Positions 10,076 through 18,908 of a stretch of 64,000 nt of DNA are shown here, piece after piece. A program made the position numbers and the translations under genes. Below the pieces are notes generated by a model. It did no database searches and had not been told where the DNA came from. It saw only the letters and a program-made list of their open reading frames with translations. Source of the stretch: an uncultured Lachnospiraceae bacterium (GTDB lineage Bacteria; Bacillota; Clostridia; Lachnospirales; Lachnospiraceae); contig CADABA010000001.1 of the NCBI GenBank assembly GCA_902785985.1, positions 425 through 64,424 on the forward strand, read 5' to 3'. How positions within the stretch are numbered: position 1 is the stretch's first letter; the number at the start of each line of letters is the position of its first letter.

Positions 10076-11506
10076 TTAACCGGTCTTTTTCAACCGTTCA
10101 AAGTTGATGATCGGCAGCCGTTCTCCCTCTTTGAGATATGCACAATTCGCCTCCACAAGTGCTTTCGCCACCGGAGGAGAAACACTGTTTCCGATTTTTG
10201 CTACCTGCTCTGCTACAGACATCCTTTTCCATTCGATATCACACCCGATGATGTAATCATCCGGGAAGCCCTGCATTACCTTTAATTCAATAGGCTTTAG
10301 CATTCGCAGAAATATATCTGAAATAATGTATTTCTGCCCTTCTATGGTCAGCAGTACATTAACCAGACCAAATCTATCTTTTGTTGTAATCGTTGCCAAC
10401 GGTTCAGATATTTCCTGTCCGCATCCGGTCCCGTAATACTTAACCAGGAACGCTGATATCAAACCAAAGTGACCGGGGCTTGTTGTAATGGTATGGAGCG
10501 GTTCATCACACCCCTGACCTATTCCGGTCTTATAGAACTTCGTCACAAATGCTGTAACCAGACCATACCTGTTTGACGTGTCAATAGTCCGAATCGGTTC
10601 TGTGAGGACCTGCCCCCGACTTTCGCCGTCCTTTTGTTCCCCGTGATACTGGATGAGAAATGCCAGCGCCCTTTCATCCTGGACAATGTACGGATCCGGA
10701 TTTTCCACGATGTATTTGCGGATCCCGTTTGCAATCCTGCGCTGTGTAGCCTCTGCCAGCGGTTTCTTTCTGTCGAATATTGATTGACCCAGATCAGCCC
10801 AGTCCATAAAGTTTCCGCACGGCAGCCATCTGGGATCCGCGTCTTTGAAATGCGTTTGCTGCGGCCAGACAATCGACTTACCGTCCCTGCGGAATATTGC
10901 ATACCATCTTTTCCGTGTCGTTGGAGCGCCATAGTCAGCTGCTATCAGTTCTTTGCTGTCAAACTGATAACCCAGCTCCTTTACAGCACAGATAAAGCGA
11001 TTATATTCCTCACCTATCTTTTCTTTGATCGGCCTGCCGGTTTCATCCAGTGGCCCCCATTGCTGGATTTCCTCGACATTCTCCATGATGATCACATCCG
11101 GCTGTACTGCTTTCGCGTGTTTGTAAACCGCCCAGGGAAGCATCCGGATACCACTCACACGGGGCCGTCCACCTTTTGCCTTACTAAACTGTGTGCAATC
11201 CGGTGAAGCCCACATAAGCGCAACATGTCTGCCACCGACATATTTTTGCAGATCGACCTCAAAGATATCCTCCGTCAGATGTAGCGTTCCAGGATGATTC
11301 ACCGTATGCATCCGGATAGCCTGCGGATCGTGATTGACCGCGATATCGACGCTGCGCCCCAAGGCCATCTCTATTCCTACCGATGCACCGCCACCACCGG
11401 CAAAGCAATCTATGATTAAATCTGTGTCTCTCAACTGTTGACCTCCGTTCCGCAAATCGGACAAATTTTGATACTTTCCGGTAACTTTATGCCGCATTTT
11501 GAGCAT
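10076..11506 (-). CDS. DNA (cytosine-5) methyltransferase
   Basis: DCFAGGGG, SPDC, MENVEE, TRKRW, IGNSV; probable TTG start near 11434. Confidence 0.92.
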   Translation of the reverse strand: MLKMRHKVTGKYQNLSDLRNGGQQLRDTDLIIDCFAGGGGASVGIEMALGRSVDIAVNHDPQAIRMHTVNHPGTLHLTEDIFEVDLQKYVGGRHVALMWASPDCTQFSKAKGGRPRVSGIRMLPWAVYKHAKAVQPDVIIMENVEEIQQWGPLDETGRPIKEKIGEEYNRFICAVKELGYQFDSKELIAADYGAPTTRKRWYAIFRRDGKSIVWPQQTHFKDADPRWLPCGNFMDWADLGQSIFDRKKPLAEATQRRIANGIRKYIVENPDPYIVQDERALAFLIQYHGEQKDGESRGQVLTEPIRTIDTSNRYGLVTAFVTKFYKTGIGQGCDEPLHTITTSPGHFGLISAFLVKYYGTGCGQEISEPLATITTKDRFGLVNVLLTIEGQKYIISDIFLRMLKPIELKVMQGFPDDYIIGCDIEWKRMSVAEQVAKIGNSVSPPVAKALVEANCAYLKEGERLPIINFERLKKTG

Positions 11507-12342
11507 TTTCTTTCTGAAACGGGCATTTTATCCGGTAAAATGAGCATTTCATTTTTCGCCCGGTTGTAGAATTCCTTATTGATTTCAAATCCGTAAAACT
11601 GTCTCCCCGTTTCCAGGCAGGCACGACCGGTTGAACCGGATCCAAAACAGGGATCAATCACCACATCCCCCGGATCCGTGCAAATCTCAATCAGCCTTTT
11701 CAGGAGCTTGACGCTTTTCTGTGTCGGATGGATCTTCGGGATCTCTTTTCCGTCCCTTTCATATTCCATCCAGTCCAGAACCATATGACCTGTTCCCCGG
11801 ATAGGCTTTCCGTCCTCATCGTACTCAGCGCCGTTCCTGAACTTCGGAAGATAAGACCTGTAAAAGAGCAGCGCCCGCTCCGTCGCGCCCACGATCCGCA
11901 TATTGGCTTTCAATGCCTGCGGGCTGCTCTTTTTAACGAACGTCAAAGGTATGTACTTCGTAAATCCATGCTTCTTTGCAGCCTCGATCAGTGTGAATTG
12001 CTGCTGAAAGCTGCAAAAAACGATCATGCATGGAGCATCTGATGACCTTCCTCTTGCACCGCCTTTTTTCGGCTCCTTCCGCATGAGCTGACTGCAAAAA
12101 TGGAAGTATTCATACAGATTGAAGTTAAAATCCGATGCAAATGCAGCTTTACCGGCAAGTTTACTTTCGCCATTCTTGTTATCCCCCCCCTTGTACCAAA
12201 CGGGGTTAGATCCATAGAAGTTTGTCCCGACATTGTACGGAACGTCAGCAATGATCAGCTGTGCTTTCTGAATCGGTTTGCTCTTCCAATTCTGCATACT
12301 GTCATTCCAGATCTCGCATTTCAGCTTCTTTTCGTGTGTCAT
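11431..12342 (-). CDS. DNA methyltransferase, N6-adenine/N4-cytosine beta class, with C-terminal Zn ribbon
   Basis: ADVPY, HPTQKS, IDPCFGSGSTG; C-terminal CSKC...CPIC. Confidence 0.88.
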   Translation of the reverse strand: MTHEKKLKCEIWNDSMQNWKSKPIQKAQLIIADVPYNVGTNFYGSNPVWYKGGDNKNGESKLAGKAAFASDFNFNLYEYFHFCSQLMRKEPKKGGARGRSSDAPCMIVFCSFQQQFTLIEAAKKHGFTKYIPLTFVKKSSPQALKANMRIVGATERALLFYRSYLPKFRNGAEYDEDGKPIRGTGHMVLDWMEYERDGKEIPKIHPTQKSVKLLKRLIEICTDPGDVVIDPCFGSGSTGRACLETGRQFYGFEINKEFYNRAKNEMLILPDKMPVSERKCSKCGIKLPESIKICPICGTEVNS

Positions 12343-12403
12343 CTTTCATAAGGAGGCCACCCAGGTTTTATGTGCGCACAGCCTCGCGCCTCCTTTCGTG
12401 ATC

Positions 12404-12751
12404 TCAGTGTGTAGCCTTGAACGGCAGCTCCGCGCATACACCGTACCGGGCATTGTGGTCATCTATATAGACATTCGCAAATACTTTCCTGGGATTGTTC
12501 CCATATGTTTCTTTCATCAGATCCAGATTGTCATTGACGGCATCCGGAACCAGATCAAACCCTCTGCCGAGCCATACCAAGGCATCGTTGAGAAGGATCC
12601 CCTCCCGCATCGTCCAAAGAATGATCTTATTGCCATCCTTTTGTTCCTTTTTCAGGAACTCGATCAGCGGGAGATTAGGCTTTCCGATTTTCGGCCATGC
12701 GTTCTCACAAAGCGTGCCGTCAAAGTCCACGGCGTAAATGGTAGGATTCAT
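12404..12751 (-). CDS. HAD-superfamily phosphatase-like protein
   Basis: AVDFDGT, ILWTMR, YIDD motifs. Confidence 0.8.
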   Translation of the reverse strand: MNPTIYAVDFDGTLCENAWPKIGKPNLPLIEFLKKEQKDGNKIILWTMREGILLNDALVWLGRGFDLVPDAVNDNLDLMKETYGNNPRKVFANVYIDDHNARYGVCAELPFKATH

Positions 12752-13035
12752 TATTTCTTACCCCCTGTTACTGGCTCCGTTGCCAGCTCACCACCACAGG
12801 CAGCATAACCGGCCAGATCCACAAAGCTGTCACCCGTGCCGCCACCATTCTTAATCCGGGCGATTTTCAGAAGGGACATCATCATAGCCACGTCCACCGT
12901 TGTAAAGCTCACGCCCTTGTAAACCGTCCACATATCCGCGATGGTCCTGAAATTGTCCTCCGGGGATCCGTAATCCTGCTCCCTTTTACCGTTCACGCAC
13001 TGTTCAGCCAGTGACAGAACCTCTTTCCGTTTCAT
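12751..13035 (-). CDS. DUF6378-like phage protein
   Basis: REQDYGSPEDNFRTIADMW...LKIAR...DSFVDLAGYAACG. Confidence 0.75.
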   Translation of the reverse strand: MKRKEVLSLAEQCVNGKREQDYGSPEDNFRTIADMWTVYKGVSFTTVDVAMMMSLLKIARIKNGGGTGDSFVDLAGYAACGGELATEPVTGGKK

Positions 13036-13207
13036 AAGTGCATCCCCCTCGCAATTTCAAACATGATCAGCGCCACCAACGCAGCTGTGAATACTGTTGC
13101 CATTGTCACACATCTGTTACCCAGGGCTTCAGTATTCGCCCCGATTGACGCGACTCCCATGAAAAGTGCCGCGATCAGCAGAATAATCTTTACGATCAGC
13201 AGAAAAG

Positions 13208-13864
13208 TCATTTTATATCCTCCCTCGGTTGCACCACGGTTTCCATGTAAATGTCATCGAACAGAACCGGAAACGCTTTATAAAAACCCCGTAAGACCTG
13301 TGTAGCCACTTCCCGAATCTGCGGATGTGCTGCCTCGCTGCATCTAAGCTGGAGAAAATGCCGCCATTCCCTGATATTCGCCGTCATGACAACCTCTGTT
13401 TTCAGGCTGTTCGGCAATACCGCCCGTGCTTCCTGCGGCGTGCATCCCTGATCCAGAAGGCTGAAATACGCTTTCTCTGCCATAGCGCAGGCATGTTCCC
13501 ACGTTCTCCACTGATTCGATGTCACCTCCAGATAGCAAGGTGCAATCACCGTGATCTCACGTCCGAATTTCTCTTTGCTGTAATTGCAGTACCTTGTGGA
13601 TTCCTGACAGTACGATGCCAACCGATGCCGGACAATCTCGTGGGATACGCCCCTGTCACAGATGAATTTCACTGTTATGGAACAATGCTCCAGGACGGCT
13701 TCATGCCCGCTCTTGATGATCCCTTTCAGGAATTTGATACCACTGTCCTGTGTGATCCTGTCCTCAGACTTGTAACAGACCCTCCCACACTGTTCCAGGC
13801 GCTCGATTACCGCCGGACCGTTCAGCGGCGTAATGAACTCTACCGATGGCTGAATGATTTTCAT
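13208..13864 (-). CDS. thyX: FAD-dependent thymidylate synthase
   Basis: GHEAVLEH, RHRLASYCQESTRY (RHRx7S signature), ARAVLP. Confidence 0.95.
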   Translation of the reverse strand: MKIIQPSVEFITPLNGPAVIERLEQCGRVCYKSEDRITQDSGIKFLKGIIKSGHEAVLEHCSITVKFICDRGVSHEIVRHRLASYCQESTRYCNYSKEKFGREITVIAPCYLEVTSNQWRTWEHACAMAEKAYFSLLDQGCTPQEARAVLPNSLKTEVVMTANIREWRHFLQLRCSEAAHPQIREVATQVLRGFYKAFPVLFDDIYMETVVQPREDIK

Positions 13865-14311
13865 ACTTACCTCCTGTCAAATGCTAAAGCTATGAGAATA
13901 ATTACCAGATATGCCGGATAGAGGAACATCCACATCCATGTGTAAACCACCGACATAATGATCGGCGTTGCCAGAACGCCTATAATTGTTACCGTGATCG
14001 CAAATATGCCGACCCGCATAAGCAATTTCAGAAAAACTTTATCCCAATACTCACCCCTGAAAATCTCACTGTCAGTTTTCTGCCTGTTTACCCCTTTGAC
14101 CAAATTCCCCTTATTGCTCTCCATCATCGAAATACCCCTCAAACCAGTTATTTGCGTATGAGAATAGAATTAACCATGCGCTTGTAGCGCATACGATTAT
14201 GAACGGGATCCAGCTGTCACTATCCACAAAACAAGCGGCTGTGATCCACACCATAAAGCAGATATAAGCAATCGCTTTCAAAATAAAATTCTTCATAGAC
14301 CTTTGCTCCCC

Positions 14312-16303
14312 TTAGTCCTTCGTGAAGAAATCACCGACCCATCCGGCAGCGTTCAGCGGCATATCTGCCGCCCATGCCGGGGGCTGTTTCATAATGTCGC
14401 ATACGGTTTTCAGCATCGTGTCATTGTCCGCATAAGGCTTGATGTCAATGACAACCTCATCATGGACGTGGAACACAATGGGGAACCCTGCCGCTTCCAG
14501 GCGCTCAATCGCCTCTGCCAGACAATCACGGGCGATAGCCTGTACAACGTTCTCTGTCAGCTTGCCGCCGTATGTCTCAATGTGTTTCCACTGCTTTGAT
14601 GCCTGATCCACACCGTCATAAATGATGGAGGATCCACCGAATTTGTTTGTCCCCAACCTGGGATTGATGTAGAAAAGTTTCCGACCGGAAGGAAGCGTAA
14701 TTGTAAGGCAGTAAGTACCCTGATTCGCGTCATATTCCCTCGCAAGGTATAAACCCCTGACTGATTTGCTGCCGCCGAAGGAAATGACCTGTACAGCCGC
14801 ATCATCCATCGCATACCAAAGGTTTACGATGTTCCGGTTCGCGTTCCTCCACCTTGTCACGATTTCCGGCAGTTCCTCTTCGTGTAGCCCCATGTCCAAA
14901 GCGCCCATGTTGATCAGCGCTCCGTTGCTACCCTGATATCCGAGTGCCAGCTCCGCAACCTTGCCTTTCGCCCTCAACGCATATTCCGGATTGCCCTTTT
15001 TGATCAGCTCCAGCGGAACCCCAAACATCTGTGACGCGGATGCCTCATAGATCTTTCCATGCGTCCGGAATACTTCTAACCGCCACTGTTCACCGGCCAG
15101 CCACGATATCACACGCGCCTCTATAGCACTGAAATCAGCATCGACCAATACATTGCCAGGGCTTGCCACAAAAGCCGTTCTGATGAGCTGTGAGAGCGTG
15201 TCAGAGACGGATCCGTATATGACACGGAGCGCATCTTCCTGACGGTCATGAACCAAATCACGGGCAAGCTCAATCGGATCCGTGTACGTCCTGGGAAGGT
15301 TCTGGACCTGAACCAAACGCCCCGCCCATCTGCCTGTCCTGTTCGCCCCGTAGAACTGCAGGAGTCCACGGACACGCCCATCAGGGCATACACACTTTTT
15401 GATTGCGTCATATTTCTTTGTGCTTGTCTTTCCAAGCTCCTGCCGGATCTGCAGCATCCTTGTTACGTCCGGGCTGTTGTCATCCCGGTTCAGCATCTTT
15501 TTCACGATGTCCTTTGACAGACTGTCGATCTCCGCGCCGGTCTCTTTATTGAGCCAATCTTTCAGCTGTGAAACGCTGTTCGGATTGTCAAGGCTTGTGA
15601 TCCGTTCTGCCTCACTGATCATCTCTGTCTTGACGTGTTCACCAATCTGCAAAGCACCATCCACAAACGGGATATCCACGGCAACGCCCCGGCTGTTAAT
15701 TCTCAGATCCGTTTCCCACTGTTTCTGTACAAACTCAGGAACCGGAAAAGTGGAAAGCCGCCGTTCGATCTCCATCTCTGTTACAACGTCCTGACAGCAA
15801 TACTCTTTGAAAAGCTGCCATTTATCAGGATCGTGATGCGGAAGGTTCCGCGTCCTGCCCCCATTCGTCTTTGTCGCTTTACATGGCACGCAAAAGTAGC
15901 GAATAAGCGCCTTGCCAGTATTCAATTTCTGTTTGTCCTCCGGCAGCCCCAGCGCCCTGCCCGTTGCTTCCAGTCCAGCCGTGTAGCCGCAGTACAGACC
16001 ATGGAACATAGTGCATCGCCACTGTCCGGGATACATTGGCCCGTAATACTTTGACAGGCATCCAAACTCAAACGGCGCATTGTAGGCGTGCTTGATAATG
16101 GACGGATTGACAAGTGCCGTGATCAGCCAGGAAGGAACCTCTTCACCGCTTGCCAGATCAATGATCTGAACCGGCTGACCATCCAGTGAATAAGCGAATA
16201 ACAATATTTCAAAACTGGGATCCTGGATATATCTCTGCGCTCCGGTCTTTGCGATAGGCGCTTCTGAATACGTTTCCAGGTCAATGCTAAGATGATGTAA
16301 CAT
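14312..16303 (-). CDS. Family A DNA polymerase (phage type)
   Basis: Exonuclease IDLETYS and HAYNAPFE; polymerase DFSAIEAR, KGKVAELALGY, VHDEV; start set at MLHHL (GGAGG at 16309-16313). Confidence 0.93.
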   Translation of the reverse strand: MLHHLSIDLETYSEAPIAKTGAQRYIQDPSFEILLFAYSLDGQPVQIIDLASGEEVPSWLITALVNPSIIKHAYNAPFEFGCLSKYYGPMYPGQWRCTMFHGLYCGYTAGLEATGRALGLPEDKQKLNTGKALIRYFCVPCKATKTNGGRTRNLPHHDPDKWQLFKEYCCQDVVTEMEIERRLSTFPVPEFVQKQWETDLRINSRGVAVDIPFVDGALQIGEHVKTEMISEAERITSLDNPNSVSQLKDWLNKETGAEIDSLSKDIVKKMLNRDDNSPDVTRMLQIRQELGKTSTKKYDAIKKCVCPDGRVRGLLQFYGANRTGRWAGRLVQVQNLPRTYTDPIELARDLVHDRQEDALRVIYGSVSDTLSQLIRTAFVASPGNVLVDADFSAIEARVISWLAGEQWRLEVFRTHGKIYEASASQMFGVPLELIKKGNPEYALRAKGKVAELALGYQGSNGALINMGALDMGLHEEELPEIVTRWRNANRNIVNLWYAMDDAAVQVISFGGSKSVRGLYLAREYDANQGTYCLTITLPSGRKLFYINPRLGTNKFGGSSIIYDGVDQASKQWKHIETYGGKLTENVVQAIARDCLAEAIERLEAAGFPIVFHVHDEVVIDIKPYADNDTMLKTVCDIMKQPPAWAADMPLNAAGWVGDFFTKD

Positions 16304-16561
16304 GGTTGCCTCCTTCACTTTGAAAACGGGTACTCCCACACCGATGCACCGTTTAACAACCCCAGATCGTCGGTTCACACCTGCTCCAGTCGTTGAATGT
16401 GGTTTCCCCGTGTAGCCTGTCTTTTCCAGGCTGCCAGCCACTCTCTTAACGCACTGCTTGTTCATTACGTGACTAAATCGAACATCAGGACCCGTGTGCG
16501 CCTGGGTAGGAGTTTAGCGGTATCTGCATCCCTCCCTATGCCGTTTGATACCTCGCACGCC

Positions 16562-16673
16562 TTATGCGGGTGAGGATTTGCACCTCACATGAGCGACCGG
16601 CCATTTACCGGAGCAAGCCTCGGATCAAGCTGCTCTTACCTTATAAGCGTCTACCTATTCCGCCACCGCATAA
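16562..16673 (-). ncRNA. tRNA-like RNA (Leu-type D arm, non-canonical central region)
   Basis: TTATGCGG/CCGCATAA acceptor-like stem, TGGCGGAATAGGTAGACGC D arm, GTGAGG-TGCAAAT-CCTCAC T arm; no canonical anticodon arm. Confidence 0.55.
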
Positions 16674-16728
16674 CACCTGTCTTTCCAGGCTGTCAGACAA
16701 AGTTCTCCATTCTTGCACTGAATGGGAT

Positions 16729-16812
16729 CGGAACGGCAGGAGTCGAACCTGCAATCTTGCTCTCGTCGTTTTTAAGAGGATCCTCGCTGCTCTACCATTG
16801 AGCTACGTTCCG
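16729..16812 (-). ncRNA. tRNA-like RNA / pseudo-tRNA
   Basis: CGGAACG/CGTTCCG acceptor, TAGCTCAATGGTAGAGC D arm, GCAGG-TTCGACT-CCTGC T arm; about 36 nt aberrant anticodon region. Confidence 0.65.
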
Positions 16813-17043
16813 TTAATGCCGGTCTTTCCCGACTGTCACAGTGTATTTATTCGTACTTTGCTGCGCTACCTTACACTGCCACTACGTCACGCTCCCACTT
16901 GTCACGGAAATGGGCGGGAACCGGAAGCCTTTTCGTTGCTTTCCCACGCAACCTACTGCATAAGGTTGACCCTTGCCGGTTTCTCACACCCTTACGGATG
17001 GGCTATCAGGCAAATAGATAGCTTGCTCAACCGAAAAGCCCGT

Positions 17044-17125
17044 CGGAACGGTGAGAATCGAACTCACGTAGGATCACTGTAGACCCCGCCAACTTCCTAT
17101 ACTGCAGTTCATAGGACACGTTCCG
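17044..17125 (-). ncRNA. tRNA-like RNA / pseudo-tRNA
   Basis: Same CGGAACG/CGTTCCG acceptor, GTGAG-TTCGATT-CTCAC T arm; D and anticodon arms degenerate. Confidence 0.5.
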
Positions 17126-17354
17126 AAAATGGACCGTCCATCCAAAGATCGCCAAACAAATGCATCCCTCCGTAGGATTACTCCGTCCCGATACGGTAAC
17201 GGCTACCATCCTGTCTGACTGTGAAAAGTTCACGGCCCCGTATTATTTCATTTCCAAAGCGATCCGGGGATTTTGGATCCCCCTTTAATCACAGCCATTC
17301 GCCGTAGATCGCCCCAAAGGAGGAAATCATATGAAATGCATAAGACTTCCTGAG

Positions 17355-17426
17355 TCGCGGGGATTGGACTTGCACCAATGGCCTTCAGCTTATGACACTG
17401 ACGAGCTGCTTCTGCTCTACCCCGCT
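17355..17426 (-). tRNA. tRNA-Met(CAT), initiator-like but divergent
   Basis: AGCGGGG/CCCCGCG acceptor with 1:72 mismatch; anticodon arm TCAGT-GT CAT AA-GCTGA; T arm ATTGG-TGCAAGT-CCAAT. Confidence 0.7.
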
Positions 17427-17606
17427 ATGCGGATGGATAACCCGCATCGCGTAGTACCGTGGCCCGTACATTATCCATCCATGCCGCTTGCGGTTCAGGC
17501 TGTTCCGAGTGCCGTCAATTATCTGCCCAGTGTGTTATTTTTTAAGGTGGTTTCGGTTCCACCAATGAGAAGGAGAAAAAAGTATGAAAAGAAATACCTG
17601 CTGACT

Positions 17607-18371
17607 TTACATCGGCTGCCCTGTGATCGGATTGATCTGTACTCCGCTCATCTGAGGCGCTGCTCCACCAAACGGCAGGCCAGTAGGCGCGGCCATCGGC
17701 TGACCCGTGATCGGATTGATCCCGGTATTCGGGTATGTGACCTGTCCAGGTGTGGCGGGCATTGCTCCACCATAGCCCGGTGTAGCCCCTCCGACCGGAA
17801 CCTCCGGAGCTGTCATGTACTGACCGACATCCAGACCGGCGGCATCTGCCTGAGCGCTGGGGCCACCGGATAACGGTTCCCCGTCCCTGGTCTTGAACAC
17901 GTTGTCAAGGCTGCACGCAACCGGATTACCGGCCTGCGGATTATAGAAACTCATCGTAACAACCGCATACATCCCGCTGTAGATCTCTTCAGGCGCAAGA
18001 GGGGCATTCATGCTTGTGATCGGATAGCACCCCGGCTTTCTGCCTGTGGATGCGGTAAGCACCCAACAACCCTTACATTCCGGACCGAACGGCGTTCCGT
18101 TCGTTCTCAGCCCGTCACCGTCATGGATCAGTGGAGAATTCATCTGAGGACGTGCGCCCTTCCACTTTTCCTTGACACCTTTCTCATAGGCTGCCTTGAT
18201 CGCGCTGTCGATCTCTGCCTTCGTTGCCGTGTCAGATTTCGGGATCAGCATGGTAACGGAATACTTCGGCTTGCCGCCGGGATTCTGCTGACTGACATAC
18301 GGCTCATTCAAGTGGGCGTATGAGAGTCTGACTTCTTTTGTTGCTACTCTGAGGGGATTGTTTTGATACAT
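17607..18371 (-). CDS. DUF2815-family single-stranded DNA-binding protein
   Basis: VRLSYAHL...KYSVTMLIPK...HDGD...YSGMYA...RDGEPL; C-terminal INPITGQPM repeated twice; typical position between DUF2800 and PolA. Confidence 0.85.
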   Translation of the reverse strand: MYQNNPLRVATKEVRLSYAHLNEPYVSQQNPGGKPKYSVTMLIPKSDTATKAEIDSAIKAAYEKGVKEKWKGARPQMNSPLIHDGDGLRTNGTPFGPECKGCWVLTASTGRKPGCYPITSMNAPLAPEEIYSGMYAVVTMSFYNPQAGNPVACSLDNVFKTRDGEPLSGGPSAQADAAGLDVGQYMTAPEVPVGGATPGYGGAMPATPGQVTYPNTGINPITGQPMAAPTGLPFGGAAPQMSGVQINPITGQPM

Positions 18372-18491
18372 TTTTGTTCCTCCTTATCGTTGGATATAGA
18401 TCTTTGTGCTTCTCTTGATAGGCTCTTACTAATCGAGCGGTTTCCGGATCCACCGGCTTGCCTCTACAGCAACCGCATGAACATTCTGGAT

Positions 18492-18908
18492 TTACCATGG
18501 TTTATACTGCTCCTGTATTTCTTTCAGCTTCGGGATCCGTTTCTGAAACCGTTCATATTTCGCTTTAGCGGATTTCACTTTTGCCATGAGTCGGTCATTG
18601 TGTGCTTTTCGTTTTTTTTTCCGTTCTTCCTTGTCTGTGATCATGTTGCCGTGGGAATCAAATTTCGTGTCCTGGTACTCTTTCTGGAATTTCACGCTTG
18701 CCTCATCCCATTTATCCTTCAGGTCCTCTGTGATGTCAGGAATGTAGGAGAAAAACTGTTGTGTGCTTTCTTCGTTTCTCCACATTTCCTGACCCACAAA
18801 CTTAAAGAATTTCCTGAGATTTATGATCGGCATTTCGATCATTGCCACCGGCATATTGAGAGTCATCCGGCAGTGTGCGAAATAGAACGGTAATGATTTC
18901 TCAACCAT
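18492..18908 (-). CDS. Hypothetical phage protein
   Basis: ORF overlapping the DUF2800 stop in the operon. Confidence 0.55.
   Translation of the reverse strand: MVEKSLPFYFAHCRMTLNMPVAMIEMPIINLRKFFKFVGQEMWRNEESTQQFFSYIPDITEDLKDKWDEASVKFQKEYQDTKFDSHGNMITDKEERKKKRKAHNDRLMAKVKSAKAKYERFQKRIPKLKEIQEQYKPW

Noticed and set aside
7855-16303. Introns or inteins in nrdD or polA (terL also checked)
   Set aside because: ORFs are continuous and of ordinary length, with no intein or homing-endonuclease motifs seen
16304-16465. N-terminal extension of the PolA ORF in the track (MNKQCV...)
   Set aside because: A strong RBS precedes MLHHL at 16303, where the exonuclease motif begins; the extension lies in the non-coding RNA cluster
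16440-16560. Possible small self-cleaving ribozyme (twister or HDV-like) next to the tRNA-like elements
   Set aside because: Could not fit the consensus by eye; needs an Infernal search
17331-17873. Plus-strand 180-aa ORF with a good RBS
   Set aside because: Antisense to tRNA-Met and SSB with no recognisable protein features; treated instead as a possible antisense RNA segment
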